Assembly (NCBI RefSeq): GCF_963921235.1 | Contig: NC_086097.1 | Span: forward strand, 189,598,001 to 189,662,000 | Origin: Mobula hypostoma | Lineage: Eukaryota | Reading direction: 5' to 3' | DNA: 64,000 bases | Shown here: piece after piece, positions 1-13,038 of the stretch | Numbering within the stretch: position 1 is the first letter of the stretch | Layout: each line of letters begins with the position of its first letter | The notes under the pieces: generated by a model | Told to the model about the DNA's origin: nothing | Seen by the model: only the letters and a program-made list of their open reading frames with translations | Databases searched by the model: none | Program-made: the position numbers and the translations under genes

Positions 1-389
1 GCAAGAGGCAGCTGTAGAGATGGCGTGAAAATTGCTTGGCAACTCATCTCTGTGACAGATTTAACACTGAAAGGCTGGAAACAGTCTGGTTTAGTTTTAG
101 AATGATTCTGCATTCTGAAAGATACATCCTAAAAGTTACTTTTAACTGAATTTCAAGATCAGAATCACTTCTAGATCCCCAGATTATTGGCAAAGAAAGG
201 ACCCATTCTTCACCTCACTTTTTAAATCTATTAATATTCAAACTTCTATATCTTTTATTCTAAATTCAAGGATCTATGGGATTTCTTCAATGCCAAAGTG
301 AACACTATTTACAGAAATAATTTGCCTCCCTTTTCTTCTTGTTTTGATTCCCTCTTTAATCCTTCTTCCAAACTTACCTACTTACAGGA

Positions 390-843
390 AAGGTGTAAAG
401 TAAGGTTGAAAGAATACAGAGAAAATTGACAAGGATGTTGCTGGGTCTGGAAGACCTGGGCTATAAAGAAAGATTGAATAGGTTAGGATTGTGAGGGGTA
501 TTGATTAGGTAAATGCAAGCAGGGATTTTCCACTGAGGTTGGGTATGACTACAATTAGAGGTCATTTGTTAAGGTGAAAGGTGAAAGGCTTAAGGGGAGC
601 ATGAGGGGAAACCTCTTCACTTTGAGGGTCATGAGAGTGTGGATCAAGCTGCTAGCACAAGTAGTCCATGCAAGCTAGATTTCAACATTTAAGAGTAGTT
701 TGGGTAGGTACATGGATAGTAGGGATATGGAGGGCTATGGTCCCAGTGCAGGTCAATGGGAGAAGGCAGTTTAAATGGTTTGGCATAGACTTGATGGGCC
801 GAAGAACCCATTTCTGTGCTGTACTTTTCTGACTCTGTGACTC
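390..843 (+). mobile_element. CR1 LINE 3' fragment (decayed)
   Basis: Similar to the end of ORF2 and the 3'UTR of the other CR1 copies (ggatgttgctgg, gagggtcatgagagtgtgg, gatgggccgaag...ctgtgactct tail). Confidence 0.75.
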
Positions 844-1808
844 TTACCCATTCCAAGCTTTCTCCATAATCAATTTCTCATCCAGTTTACCCATCAAGCT
901 TTTAAAAACCTACAAATTCTTTGAGCTCCCACTTCTCTGTATTAACTCCATGAATTGTAATAAAATGAACCTCTAATTTCTCCGATTGCTCCTTCCTGCT
1001 ATAAGAGCATCACCAATGCCCTCTCTAAACATCTGAAAAAGATGCATTCATCCTTTGCAGTTAATGCCTAGTTTCTACCATTTCCTTCTTTCTTGAGTTA
1101 CTACATTGTACCACCACTTAATAGTTTTGCATCCATAATTTATTCAGGGCTGTGAGAGAGACTAGCATAAAGAATATTGGATTTCAAGTTGTGACATCTT
1201 CTGTGATTGCAATAACCTTAATGTCCATGCCTTTGGTATGGTTTTATCTGTCTACTTTCTGTCATCTTAGCTGATTTCTTCATTTCCACCATAGTGCAAT
1301 CGCTCTAACAACTTTATTCTCATCTCCCTGCACTCAAAATATGAATGTATTAATATTTCCATCTGCTTGATTACCTGCTGAAATAAATTTCCAAACCAGC
1401 TTATTTGGTTAGTTGTTAATTTTCCCGTGAGTCTGTTTGTAACTCAACTATCCCTTCTGTCTTGAAAGTGTGCTTGCTGTAATTTTGGTTTAAGTTTAAT
1501 TTCAAGTGCTCTGTAAAAATCAGGTCAGCATTCTCCTTGTATTTATCCCCTTACAAGCTCACAATTTTCATGCTCCTTGGACCCTTCAACCCAAGATCAA
1601 GATCTTTAAAGCTTTCAGCAGATTGTTCGATCATAACACATTGCCTGTTCATGTGCATTGAAACAACCTTCATTCTCCTGTTACTGATCTACTCAGTTCA
1701 CCGGTTATCTTTTTCTCCATCATTTCCTCTTTCAAGCACAATATTCCTTTATCTTGAGCTGTACAGCAAAAAACCTTTTTAATAATCACAATTTTTCATT
1801 AGCTGACC

Positions 1809-2099
1809 GAGACCATGGATCTGCGCCTGGAAAGTCTTCACTCTCCAGGGCGCAGGCCTGGGCAAGGTTGTATGGAAGACCAGCAGTTGCCCATGCTGCA
1901 AGTCTCCCCTCTCCACGACACTAATGTTGTCCAAGGGAAGGGCATTAGACCCATACAGCTTGGCACCAGTGTCGTCGCATAGCAATGAGTGATTAAGTGC
2001 CTTCTTCAAGGACACAACACGTTTCCTCGGCTGGGGCTTGAACTCACGACCTTCAGGTAGCTAGTCCAATGCCTTAACCACTTCGCCCTGTGCCCACAC
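1809..2099 (-). mobile_element. tRNA-derived SINE with CORE-like central segment
   Basis: Minus strand has an A-box (ggcgaagtgg), a B-box (gagttcaagcc) and gtgtccttgaagaaggcacttaa. Flanked by a 12-bp direct repeat cattagctgacc (1797-1808, 2100-2111). Confidence 0.8.
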
Positions 2100-3239
2100 C
2101 ATTAGCTGACCAGACCTAGTTTTTCAAATTTTTTTTGTGCCTTAAACCCAATCTTTAAATTTTCTTTTGCAACTAATATCCTATATATTTCCTGAGCTGT
2201 GCAATAGATTGAGATCTTATTTGGATGCTTATTTCAATATAAAAGTATGATAGTCACTTAAGTTGTAGATTATTGATTATATAATAAGTAAATTAAAACT
2301 GGCCTTCTTTTGAACTATTTATATAAATCTACACAATCGATGGAAATGTCAGTGGTGATGACTGGACTAGTAGGTTTGTATTATTTATGAGGAAAACATT
2401 AATAAATTCTGCATTCAACAATACCCAGTTTCTGTTTCCTTTGATCATATTTGAAAGCATTCAGATCAGTCTTGAAGAGGACTGTTAATTAACTGCAAAA
2501 AGATAGGAAGCATTATTCTCCTACATCTAGGTCATCCCTACACAGTGAGATAAAATTTAAATAAAAACTGATGCACTCCAAGGACATTAGAAAAAGGAAT
2601 ATAAAGAGGCAGTAAAAGCAATGGAAATATTCTTGGTTATATACTGTGCATAGTAATAGGATATTGTCGATGATTTTCAAAAGAAGAACTCGCTGCTGCA
2701 GCACACAGTCATGCATAAATTTATACTTATCTGAAGTAGAAAACATTTGACATTAACAAAAGTGAAGGGAGAATGGAATGAAATAGAATAGGGTTGTTTT
2801 GATTGAGATAAACAGCACAACTGAGTCAGTCTGAAAATCAGGCTGAACCGTTATTTACAAATTGCCAGCAGGTAATCAATAGAAGAAACAGCACAAAGCC
2901 CACAAACTCAACAGCTCATAAAATGAGGCGCTGCACTGACTCATATCAATGATTTTGATAGTCCAGAGCACAACAGCAATAATGGCAAAGGTGTTATATA
3001 AATACAAGATACTTTTAAGATGCCCAAAGATGTTTCACAGAGTCTTCAACACTGAAAGTTGACATTAGGCTACACATGAGGTATTAGCAGATCTAATGTT
3101 TTAAAGGGTTCTATTCTTGGTGCTCATGATTTGACATGACAAGCATACAGAGAGAAATAATGAAACTCTTTATTGTGACTTATGAACAGCTGGCCAGTGC
3201 AGTGTGACAGTCAGCTGTTTATTCTAGAAGTGCAGACAA

Positions 3240-4075
3240 AGTTCAAAGTTAAAAGTAAAATTAAAATTATTTATCAAAGTACATATATGTCACCATATAC
3301 AACCCAGATATTCATTTTTTGTGGGCATTCTCTGGAAATGCAAGATGGAAAATAGAAGACTGTGCCCCTCAGAACAGACAAACAACCAGTAAGCAAATGA
3401 CAACAAACTGTGTAAATACATAAAAAATAAATAAACAATTAATATAGAGAACTTGAGATGAACAGTCCTTGAAAGTGAGTTCATAGGTTGTGAGAACAGT
3501 TCCATGATGGGGCGAGTGAAGTTATCTCCTCCAGTTCAAGAGCTTGATGTTTTAGAAATAATAACTGTTCTGAACCTGGTGGTGTGGGTCCTGATGCTCC
3601 TGAACCCTTTTCCTGATAGTAGCAGTTAGAAGAGAACATGACCTGGGTGGTGGAGGTCCTTGAGGACGGGTGCTGCTTTCCTGTGACAGGGCTCCACGTG
3701 GGTGTGCTCAATGCTGGGGAGGGCTTTACCTGTGATAGGCTGGGCTTTATCCATTACTTTTTGTAGACTTTTCCATTCAAGGGCATTGGTGTTTCCATAC
3801 TAACTAATCAAACACACATCAACAGGTGTTTGTCAAAGCTTTAGATGTCATGTTGAATCTTTGCAAACTTCAAAGGAAGTCGAGGTGCTGCTGTGCTTTC
3901 TTTGTAGAGGCACTTACATACTGGACCCAGGACAGATCCTCTAAAATGATAACACTGAGGAATTTAATGTTGCTGACCCTCTCCACCTCTGATCCTCTGA
4001 TGAAGACTGGCTCATGGACCTCTGGTTTCCTCTTCCTGAAATCAATATTCAGCTCCTTGGTCTTGCTAATATTGA
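3240..4075 (-). mobile_element. Rex1/Babar-like non-LTR retrotransposon 3' fragment
   Basis: ORF 3870..4178 contains LNISKTKELNIDFRKRK...VERVSNIKFL...EDLSW...KKAQQHL, typical of the Rex1/Babar RT C-terminus, followed by a short-repeat tail. Confidence 0.7.
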
Positions 4076-4077
4076 GT

Positions 4078-4325
4078 ACCAACGACCTAGGCTCATTTCC
4101 CACCACTGTCTTTAAGGAGTTTCTACATTTTCCCTGTGACCACATGTGTTTCCTTCGGGTGCTCCTGTTGCTTCTCACAGCCCAAAGACGTACTGGTTGG
4201 TAGGTTAATTGATCATTGAAAGCTGTCCCCTGATTAGGCCAGGATTAAGTTGTGGGAATGCTGGGTGCTGCAGCTTGAAGTGTCGGAAGACCATATTCCA
4301 CGCCCTTATCTCAATAAATAAATAA
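4078..4325 (+). mobile_element. V-SINE (HE1-like) remnant
   Basis: V-domain-like gtttccttcgggtgctcctgttgcttctcacagcccaaagacgtac and an aataaataaata tail. Confidence 0.6.
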
Positions 4326-4561
4326 TCAGCTGTCGTGGAATGATGGAGCATACTTGATAGGCCAAATGGTCCGATCAGGTAGAAGTTAACAATCATTTAG
4401 TACAATGGCAGCAGTTTTCAACGTTGATCCTTCCACATCCTAATTTCTTGCGCGAGTCCTAGAATTAGATTATGTTCACCAATCTAGGTGTGGCGCTTGT
4501 GCTGTGTGCTGCTTGGTGCTATCACCATCTCTGACCCCATGTGCTATAGTGAATGGCATAT

Positions 4562-4693
4562 AACAGGAATTCTGCAGATGCTGGAAATTCAAGCAACATA
4601 CATCAAAGTTGCTGGTGAACGCAGCAGGCCAAGCAGCATCTATAGGAAGAGGCGCAGTCGACGTTTCAGGCCGAGACCCTTCGTCAGGACCCT
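4562..4693 (-). mobile_element. Solo Penelope-like pseudo-LTR (132 bp) with hammerhead ribozyme
   Basis: Matches the termini of the Penelope-like copies at 8544, 47086 and 61245. Flanked by a 13-bp TSD gtgaatggcatat (4549-4561, 4694-4706). Confidence 0.85.
4656..4690 (-). ncRNA. Minimal type I hammerhead ribozyme
   Basis: Reverse complement gtc-CTGACGA-agggtctcggcct-GAA-acgt-C-gact has the intact core, palindromic stem III and GUC cleavage triplet. Confidence 0.75.
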
Positions 4694-5242
4694 GTGAATG
4701 GCATATTTGCTTTTGGATGGACTTGCTTTGCAACCAACTTTATTCCTTGTACGTGCTACACCTCAGGTTTATCATGGGCTTGCAACTCCGCAACTTCTAT
4801 TGTTAGTTGACACAACGGTTTGATCATGTGCTTACATTGATACCTACTGAAAAAAATAGTGTGCCATTAAAGCAATTTCAGTCAGCTCATGTGCCTATAT
4901 TGGAAACAAATGCTCCCTAATTCTATTACAAGTATAGATAGTGAAATGAAGTTTGTGTTTGCTTTATTTCCATCTCTAAGTTCTCAGCATGATTATTAGT
5001 GCTATGCTTTTCAATTCCCTCTCTGGGAACCTGGTCATAAAGGCTGACTGCTGAGATAACGCTCAGTAATGCTTAATTGTATGTTTGCTAATTACTAATA
5101 AAGGATAAGAATAAAGAATTTGACTCTGTGGAGCAGTTATTGGAGCTCTGAGCAAGTCATGCAAGTATAACAACACTGTCTGGGGTTGCAGGCTGGCAGC
5201 AATTGTTTTGTTTTGATTTTGGATCGATTTTGCTGCTACCAA

Positions 5243-5672
5243 AGGGTGAATGTACGAGGAGTGTTTGATGGCTCTGGGCCTGCACTTGCTGGAGAAGAAT
5301 GAAGGGTGATCTTATTGAAATGTATCAAATATTGAAGGGCCTAGATAGAGTGGATGTGAATAGGATGTTCCCTATGGAAGGTGAGTCTAGAACCAGAGGG
5401 CACAGCCTCAGATTAGAAAGATGTCCCTTTAGAACAGAGATGAGGATGGTGAATCAATGAAATCCATTGCCATGATCAGCTGTGGAGGCCAAGTCATTGA
5501 GTGTATTTAAAGTGGAGGTTAGTAGTTTCTTGATTAGTCAGAGCATCAACGTTACAGGGTTACAGGTAGAAGAATGAGCTTGAGAGGGATAATAAAGCAG
5601 CCATGATGGAATGTCAGAGCACATTCAATGGGCTGAATGGCCTATTTTTTTTCCCTATGTCTTATGGTCTTA
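5243..5672 (+). mobile_element. CR1 LINE 3' fragment
   Basis: Homologous to 35700-35994 and 42013-42150, with a cttatggtctta tail. Confidence 0.75.
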
Positions 5673-5765
5673 TAACCATGCGTTACAACAGCAGAAGAAC
5701 ATCGTTGAACTCACAATAAATTGAACCAAGTGGATGGGCTACAGCAGCAAAAGTCTATAAATGTA

Positions 5766-5820
5766 CACTCAGTGGCCACTCTATTAGGTACAGGAGGCAC
5801 CTAATAAAATGGCAACTGAG
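5766..5820. mobile_element. Tiny Tc1/mariner-derived hairpin MITE
   Basis: TA followed by cactcagtggccactctattaggt...acctaataaaatggcaactgag, an imperfect inverted repeat resembling Tc1 TIRs. Confidence 0.6.
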
Positions 5821-5829
5821 CTTAAGTTA

Positions 5830-6340
5830 CAAAATAAATAAATATAGAGCAAAAGAGAATTAACAAGATTCTCCTCATTGACCATTATTAAATTTGATGG
5901 TGGACTTAAAGATGCTGTTCCTAAAATGTTGAGTGTGGGTCTTCAGGCTCATGTACCTCATCCACGATGGTATTGATGAGAGGAACAAATTGTACAGAAA
6001 GTGAGTGCCCTTCATGATGGCTGCTGCCTTCTTGAGGCACAACCTCTTGAAGATGTCCTCACTGGCAGGCAGGTTTATACCCTTGATGAAGCTGGCTGAG
6101 CCTACAAACCTCAGCTGCCTCTTTCGATCCTGTAATTTGAGCCTCTGTAACAGAGACTCTGCAACCAGTTAGAATGCGCTCCACCGCACATCCGTAGAAA
6201 TTTGCAAAAATTCTTGGTGACGTGCCGAATCCTTTCAAACTCCTAATGAAATAAGTCCACTAGTGTGCATTCTTCACCTTTATAATAGATTCTTTGAGAT
6301 GTTGTCATCCAGGCACTTGAAGCTGTTCACCCTTTCCACC
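5830..6340 (-). mobile_element. Rex1/Babar-like fragment
   Basis: Homologous to 3560-3980 and 11950-12400. Confidence 0.6.
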
Positions 6341-6354
6341 GTTAAAATATTTTT

Positions 6355-6800
6355 GAACTCCTTTACCCTGGGGAAAAGACTGCTTCCATCTATTATGTCA
6401 TGAATTTTAAACCTCTAGGAGGTCACATCTCATTCTCCTCTGCTCCAAGGGAAAAAGACCTTTTCTGGCCAATCTTTCCCTACAATTATGGCTCTCTAGT
6501 ACTGACAACATCCTCACAAATTTATTTTGCACTCTTTCCAGTTTAACTACATCCTTCCTATAAAAAAAGGTGATCAAAATTGTACTCAGTTCTCTGAATG
6601 TGGCATCATTAGTGACTTATACAACTGCCACATAATATCCCAATTCCTATACTTAGTGCCCTGACTGATAAAATCAGTGGGCTAAGCACGTTTTTCACTA
6701 CCCTGTCTACCTGTGATGCTCCTTTCAATGCACTATGCTCTTGTACACTTAGATCCTTCTATTCCATTACAATCTCCAGTGCCCTGCCATTCGTTGTACA
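6355..6800 (-). mobile_element. CR1 LINE fragment (decayed)
   Basis: Reverse complement of CR1 ORF2 C-terminal motifs (acaacatcctc, tgatcaaaattgtactcag). Confidence 0.55.
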
Positions 6801-7164
6801 ACTCCTGTGCCACATCTAACCTCATCATTATAATTCTGCATCACGGCTGGTACCACACTGAAATTGTAAAGATGATGCGGTTGGATAGTGAATTTAACTA
6901 CATTCTCAGGCTTTTCCCTTCTGGTGTATTATTGGGATTGTGTGGGTTCAGGTTTGCACAGTTAGATTATTATGACATAGTGTCCATCTTCCAAAATTAC
7001 CTTCTCAGTATGTTGATTTTGCCAGCTACAACAAATGAACTGCTTATTTTACAATTGAATTGTTTTGTTTTACAATTACAGCATAAAATCCCACTAGCCA
7101 AACCAATAGTACCTTTTAAAGCTCTCCTTTTTTTCCAGACCTAACTTGGTCATTACTAGATGAC

Positions 7165-10100
7165 CAAGAGAGAGGATTTGTAGAATGTCAGAGGGATGGC
7201 TTCATAGAACAACTTGTTGTTGAGCCAACTAGGGGATCGGCTGTGCTGGATTGGGTGTTGTGCAATGATCTGGAGGTGATAAGAGAACTTAGGGTTAAGG
7301 AACCCTTATGGAACAGTGATCACAATATGACCGAGTTCACATTGAAATTTGAGAAGGAGAAACAAAATTCCAATATGTCAGTATTTCAGTGGAATAAAGG
7401 AAATTACAATGGCATGAGAGGGGACCTGGCCAAGGTTGACTGGAAAGAGACACTAGCAGGAAGGACAGCAGAGCAGCAATGGCTGAAGTTTCTGTGAAAA
7501 ATGAGAGAAGTACAAGACAGATATATTCCAAATCAGCAGAAATTTTTGAATGGAAGAAGGACACTACCATGACTGTCAAGTGAAGTCAGAGCCAAAGTAA
7601 AATTAAAAGAGAGGGCATACAAGGAAACCAAAGCTAGTGGGAAGATAGAGGATTGGGAAGCTTTTAAAAATTTGCAGAAGGAAACTAAGAAGGTCATTAG
7701 GAAGGAAAAGATGAATTATGAAAGGAAGCCAGTGACAAATATCAAAGAAGATACTAAAAGTTTTTTAAGTTTATCAAGGGTAAAAGAAAGTAGAGGGTAG
7801 ATATAGGACCAATGACACTGGAGATATTGTAATGAGAGATGCAGAGATGTTAGAGGAACTGAATGCGTATTTTGTATCAGTCTTCACAGTGGAAGACATC
7901 TGCAATATACTGGACATACAAGAATGTCAGGGAAGTGAAGTATGTGCAGTGAAAATTACAATTGAGAAGGTGCTCGGGAAGCTTAATGGCCTGAGGATGG
8001 ATAAGTCTGGACCTGATGAAATGCACCCTTGGGTTCTGAACGAGGTAGCTGGAGAGATTGCAGAGGCATTAAAAATGATATTTCAAGAACCGATAGATTC
8101 TGGCATCGTACCAGATGACTGGAAAATTGCAAATGTTACTCCGATATTTAAGAAGGGTGGGAGGCAGCAGAAAGGAAACTATAGACCTGTTAGCCTGACA
8201 TCAGTGGTTGGGAAGTTGATGGAATCAATTGTTAGGGATGAGATTACAGAGTACCTGGAGGCACATGACAAGATAGGTCAAAGCCAGCATGGTTTCCTGA
8301 AAGGAAAATCCTGTCTGACTAACCTACTACAATTTTTTGAGGAAATTCAAGAAGGGTAGACAAAGGAGATGCAGTAGATGTGGTGTACTTGTATTTTCAG
8401 AAGGCCTTTGACAAGGTGCCACACATGAAGCTGCTTAGCAAGATAAGGGCCCATGGAATTACAGGGGAGTTACTAGCTTGTGTGGGGCATTGGCTGATCG
8501 GCAGAAAACAGAGTGGGAATAAAGGGATCCTATTCTGGCTGGCAACAGGAATTCTGCGGATGCTGGAAATTCAAGCAACACACATAAAAGTTGCTGGTGA
8601 ACGCAGCAGGCCAGGCAGCATCTCTAGGTGTCCGGTGCTCCCGATGTGGCCTTTTATATATTGGCAAGACCCGACGCAGACTGGGAGACCGCTTTGCTGA
8701 ACATCTACGCTCTGTCCGCCAGAGAAAGCAGGATCTTCCAGTGGCCACACATTTTAATTCCACATCCCGTTTCCATTCTGACATGTCTATCCACGGCCTC
8801 CTCTACTGTAAAGATGAAGCCACACTCAGGTTGGAGGAACAACGCCTTATATTCCGTCTGGGTAGCCTCCAACCTGATGGCATGAACATCGACTTCTCTA
8901 ACTTCCGCTAATGCCCCACCTCCCCCCCCCGTACCCCATCTGTTACTTATTTTTATACACACATTCTTTCTCTCACTCTCCTTTTTCTCCCTCTGTCCCT
9001 CTGAATATACCCCTTGCCCATCCTCTGGGTCCCCCCCCCCGCTGTCTTTCTTCGCGGACCTCCTGTCCCATGATCCTCTCATATCCCTTTTGCCAAACAC
9101 CTGTCCAGCTCTTGGCTCTATCCCTCCCCCTCCTGTCTTCTCCTATCATTTTGGATCTCTCCCTCCCCCTCCCACTTTCAAATCCCTTAGTAGCTCTTCC
9201 TTCAGTTAGTCCTGACGAAGGGTCTCGGCCTAAAATGTCAACTGCACCTCTTCCTAGAGATGCTGCCTGGCCTGCTGCATTCACCAGCAACTTTTATGTG
9301 TGTTGCTATTCTGGCTGGCTGCCAGTTACCAGTGGAGTTCTACAGGGGTTGGTGTTGGGACTGCTGCTTTTTACGATGTATGTCAATGATTTTGACTCTG
9401 GGATTAATGGATTTGTGGCTAAAGTTGCTGATGATACAAAGATAGGTGGAGGAGCGGGTAGTGTTGAGGAAACAGAGAGCCTGCAGGGAGACTTAGATAT
9501 TTTAGGGGAATGGGCAAAGAAATGGCAAATGAAATATAATGATGTAGAGTGTATGGTCATGCACTTTGGTGGAAGAAATAAACAGGCAGACTGTTATTTA
9601 GATGGGGAGAGAATTCAAAATGGAGAGATGCAAAGGGAGTTGGGAGTCCTTGTGCAGGATACCCTAAAGGTTAACCTCCCAGTTGAGTCGGTGGTGAAGA
9701 AGGCAAATACAATGTTGGCATTCATTTCTAGAGGTATAGAATATAAAAGCAGGATATAATGTTGAGACTCTAAAAGGCACTCATGAGACCACACGGAGTA
9801 CTGTGTGCAGTTTTGGGCTCCTTACTTACGGACATTGGAGAGGGTTCAGAGAAGATTCACGAGAATAATTCCCGGAATGAAAGGGTTACCATATGAGGAA
9901 TGTCTGGCAGCTCTTGGGCTGTATTCCCTGGAGTTCAGGAGAATGAGGGGGATCTCAATGAAACTTTCCGAATGTTAAAAGGCCTGAACAGATTAGATTT
10001 GGCAAAGTTATTTCCCGTGGTAGGGGAGTCAAGGACAAGAGGGTATGACTTCAGGATTGAAGGATGTCCATTTAGAACAGGGATGTGGAGAAATTACTTT

Positions 10101-10327
10101 AGTCAGAGGGTGGTAAATCTGTGGAATTTGTTGACATGAGTGGCTGTAGAGGCCAAGTCACTGGGTGTATTTAAGGCAGAGATAGATAGGTTCTTGATTA
10201 GCCAGGGCATCAAAGGATATGGGGAGAAGGCAGGGGAGTGGGGATTACTTGAAGAATTGCATCAGCCCATGATTGAATGGTGGTGCAGACTCGATGGTTT
10301 GAACATGCTCCTATATCTTATGGTCTT
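7165..10327 (+). mobile_element. CR1 LINE ORF2 remnant (end of endonuclease, RT, 3'UTR), interrupted by a Penelope-like element
   Basis: ORF pieces LDWVL, WKIANVTPIFKKG...NYRPVSLTSVVGK, SQHGF, FQKAFDKVPH, VADDTK, with frameshifts and stops. Confidence 0.9.
8544..9305 (+). mobile_element. Penelope-like element (GIY-YIG endonuclease, inverted pseudo-LTRs)
   Basis: ORF 8591..8911 CSRCGLLYIGKTRRRLGDRFAEH...EEQRLIFRLGSLQPDGMN. Inverted termini at about 8573-8628 and 9253-9306. 14-bp TSD ctattctggctggc (8530-8543, 9306-9319). Confidence 0.9.
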
Positions 10328-10559
10328 ATTATTACCCCTATTCCTTCTACTCTTAGATCCTTATCTTCCTTTAAATTTTATTTTTCAGGATTTGCAAAAT
10401 CCTGAAAAATGCCAACATTTATCAACAATCCTTTGATCCTTTTGATCTGAATGGATTGTAAGGACATTCTAGAGGGATTAGAAGATAGAATCTTGTTGTT
10501 ATCTCTCATGAACACAAGAGAATCTGCATATGGTGGAAATTTTGAGTAACAAACACCTT

Positions 10560-11030
10560 ATTCTCTTAAACAGAGTTTCAATATCTTTCACCAAGATTTA
10601 CAAAACCTGCCAGCCTTGACCTTCATCCTAACAGGAATGTGCCAGTCCTGAACTCTTGACATTATTCTTTTAAAAACCTTCCATTTAGCAGATACCCCTT
10701 TCCCAACAAACAATCTCACTTTGATCAGCCTCCGCAAGGTCACAACTAATAACTCCAAAATTTTCTTTGTCCCATTTCAGGACCTTAAGCAGGGAACTTG
10801 TTGTATCCTTCTCCATAACTATTTTAAAACTAATAGAATAATGGTCACTGGACCCAAAGTGCTCATCAATGGACACTTCTGCCGCTTATTTCCCAGGAGT
10901 AAGTCTTTCAGTATATGGGAGGATCTAATTCTAGTAGGTCCATCTACTGTATATATTGATGAAGGAAGCTTTCTCGGACACATTTCACAGCATCTTACAA
11001 TATGGTTGGCCCAGTCAACATTAGAGTATT
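10560..11030 (-). mobile_element. CR1 endonuclease-region fragment
   Basis: ORF 10685..10876 EHFGSSDHYSISFKIVMEKD is homologous to ORF 16113. Confidence 0.65.
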
Positions 11031-11189
11031 TGAAATGTAATGCTAATTGTTTCCCTTTCTGTAGATGCTCCCTGACCTGCTGATACTTTTCAGCATTTTA
11101 TTTTCTTATACCCTAGATTGCCTGCTCAGATACCTGTCCACCAACTCAACCAATGGTATCAATTACTTCATTGGTAATGAAGCAAACAC

Positions 11190-11760
11190 AAGCTGCTGGA
11201 AATCCAAGCAACCCCCACAAATGCTGGAGGAACTCAGCAGGCCAGGCAGCATCTATGGGAAAAGAGTAAACAGTTGATGTTTCGGGTTGAGACCCTTCAC
11301 CAGGACTGAAGAAAAAAGATGAGAAGTCAGAGTAAGAAGCGGGGCGGGAAGAAGAAATACAAGGTGGTTGTTGATAGGTGAAACTGGGAGAGGGGGAGGG
11401 GTAAAGTTAAGAGCTGGCAAGTAGATTGGTGAAAGAGATAAAGGATTGGAGAAGAGGGAATCTGATAGGAGAGGGTAGAAGATCTTGGAAGAAAGGGAAA
11501 TTGGAGAAGCACCAGAGGCAGCTGATGGGCAGGTAAGGAGATAAGGTGAGAGAAGGAAATGGCAATGGGGTAATGGTGAAGGGGACAGCAAGTACTGGAA
11601 GTTTGAGAAATCAAAGTTCATACCTTCAGGTTGGAGGCTACCCAGACAGAATAAAAGGTGTTGCTTCTCCAACCTGAGTGTGACCTCATTTTGGTAGTAG
11701 ACGATTGAGAATGGGAATGGGAAGTAGAATTGAAATGGGTGGCCACCAGGCGATCCCACA
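11190..11760 (-). mobile_element. Older Penelope-like element fragment
   Basis: ORF 11253..11780 has RLEKQHLLFCLGSLQPEGMNFDFSNF. Degenerate hammerhead at about 11272-11307. Confidence 0.8.
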
Positions 11761-11816
11761 ATATCATCTTCATTCGGCATTGTGACCCAGTTTATAATGT
11801 TAATTGGCTACTTTAA

Positions 11817-12660
11817 ATCAGAATCAGGATTATTATCACTGACACAGGTCATGAAATTTGTAGTATTGTAGCAGCAGAACAGTATAGTTAATAAAATTAA
11901 CATAAATTGCAATATAGGTAAATAAGTAGAGCACCAGTTGACCTGCTAGTAAGGTAGTGTTCATGAGTTCTGATGACAGCCAGGAAGAACCTGTTACTAA
12001 GATGTTGTTTCTGTGTCTTCAGGTTCTTGGATCTTCTCTCTGATGGTAGTAATGAGGAGAAGGCGTGCCATGAGGGTCCTTCATGATGGATGCTGCTTTC
12101 TTGAGGCATCACTTTTTAAAAATGTTCTATGATGGAGCTGGCTGAGTTTACAACCCTCTGTAACTTTGTCCGATCCTGTGCATTGGTGCCTCCATACCAG
12201 ATGTTGATGCAACCAGTCAGAATACCGACCATAGAAATTTGCCAGTCTTGGGTGACATATCAAATCTCTTCAAACTCCTATGAAATGTATTTGTTGGCGT
12301 GCTTTCTTCATAATTGCATCAATATGTCGGATCCAGGGTAGATCTTCAGAGATGTCAATACTCAGGAACTTGAATCACCCTTTGCTCACCCTTTCTACTG
12401 CTGACTCTCAATGAGAACTTTTGTGTGTGCTGCCAAAGTCCACAATCAATTCCTTGGTCTTACTGACAATAAGTGCAAGGTTCTTGTGGCACCACGCAAT
12501 CAGTTGAACTATCTCACTCCTGTATGCCTCTTCATCACCATCTGAGATTGTCAACCACAGATGTGTCATCAGTGAAATTATAGATGGCATTTGAGCTGTG
12601 CCTAGCCACACGCTCATGGGTGTAGAGAGTAGAGCTGCTGGCTAAGTGCACATCCTTAAA
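11817..12660 (-). mobile_element. Rex1/Babar-like fragment
   Basis: ISDGDEEAYRSEIVQLIAWC...VSKTKELIVDF, with an aatcagaatcag tail. Confidence 0.75.
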
Positions 12661-13038
12661 TATCCACTAGGATATGGTAAAAAGAATCAAATGAGAGCTA
12701 ATGGGCATTGTATGAGTGAGAATAAATTGCAGGGTTAGAGAGAAAAATGAGTGCAACAAATAGGATTGCTCAATTGGGAGTTGCATGTACTCCATGAGCC
12801 AAATTATCTCCTTTTGTTCTGAGAACAAAATCTCTGTCAAATACCATTTTAACATCCACTCACAAATAATATGTTAACTATAAATTTTGCACTTTAAAGT
12901 TGTCACATAAAAGATTTTGCGAACCAAGAGGGAGAGGTGAAGTTGATTACTATGAACTAATACTTATGCATACTGTAATTAAAGACTTGACAAAAAATTT
13001 AAATTAGCTGAGGACATTTATCTATGTCAGTGCCTTAC

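Noticed and set aside
900..1800. Purine-rich minus-strand stretch as a possible ancient TE ORF or exon
   Set aside because: No recognisable motif or sustained reading frame.
8911..9759. 282-aa ORF as a novel gene
   Set aside because: Chance read-through from the Penelope pyrimidine-rich 3' region into the CR1 RT remnant.
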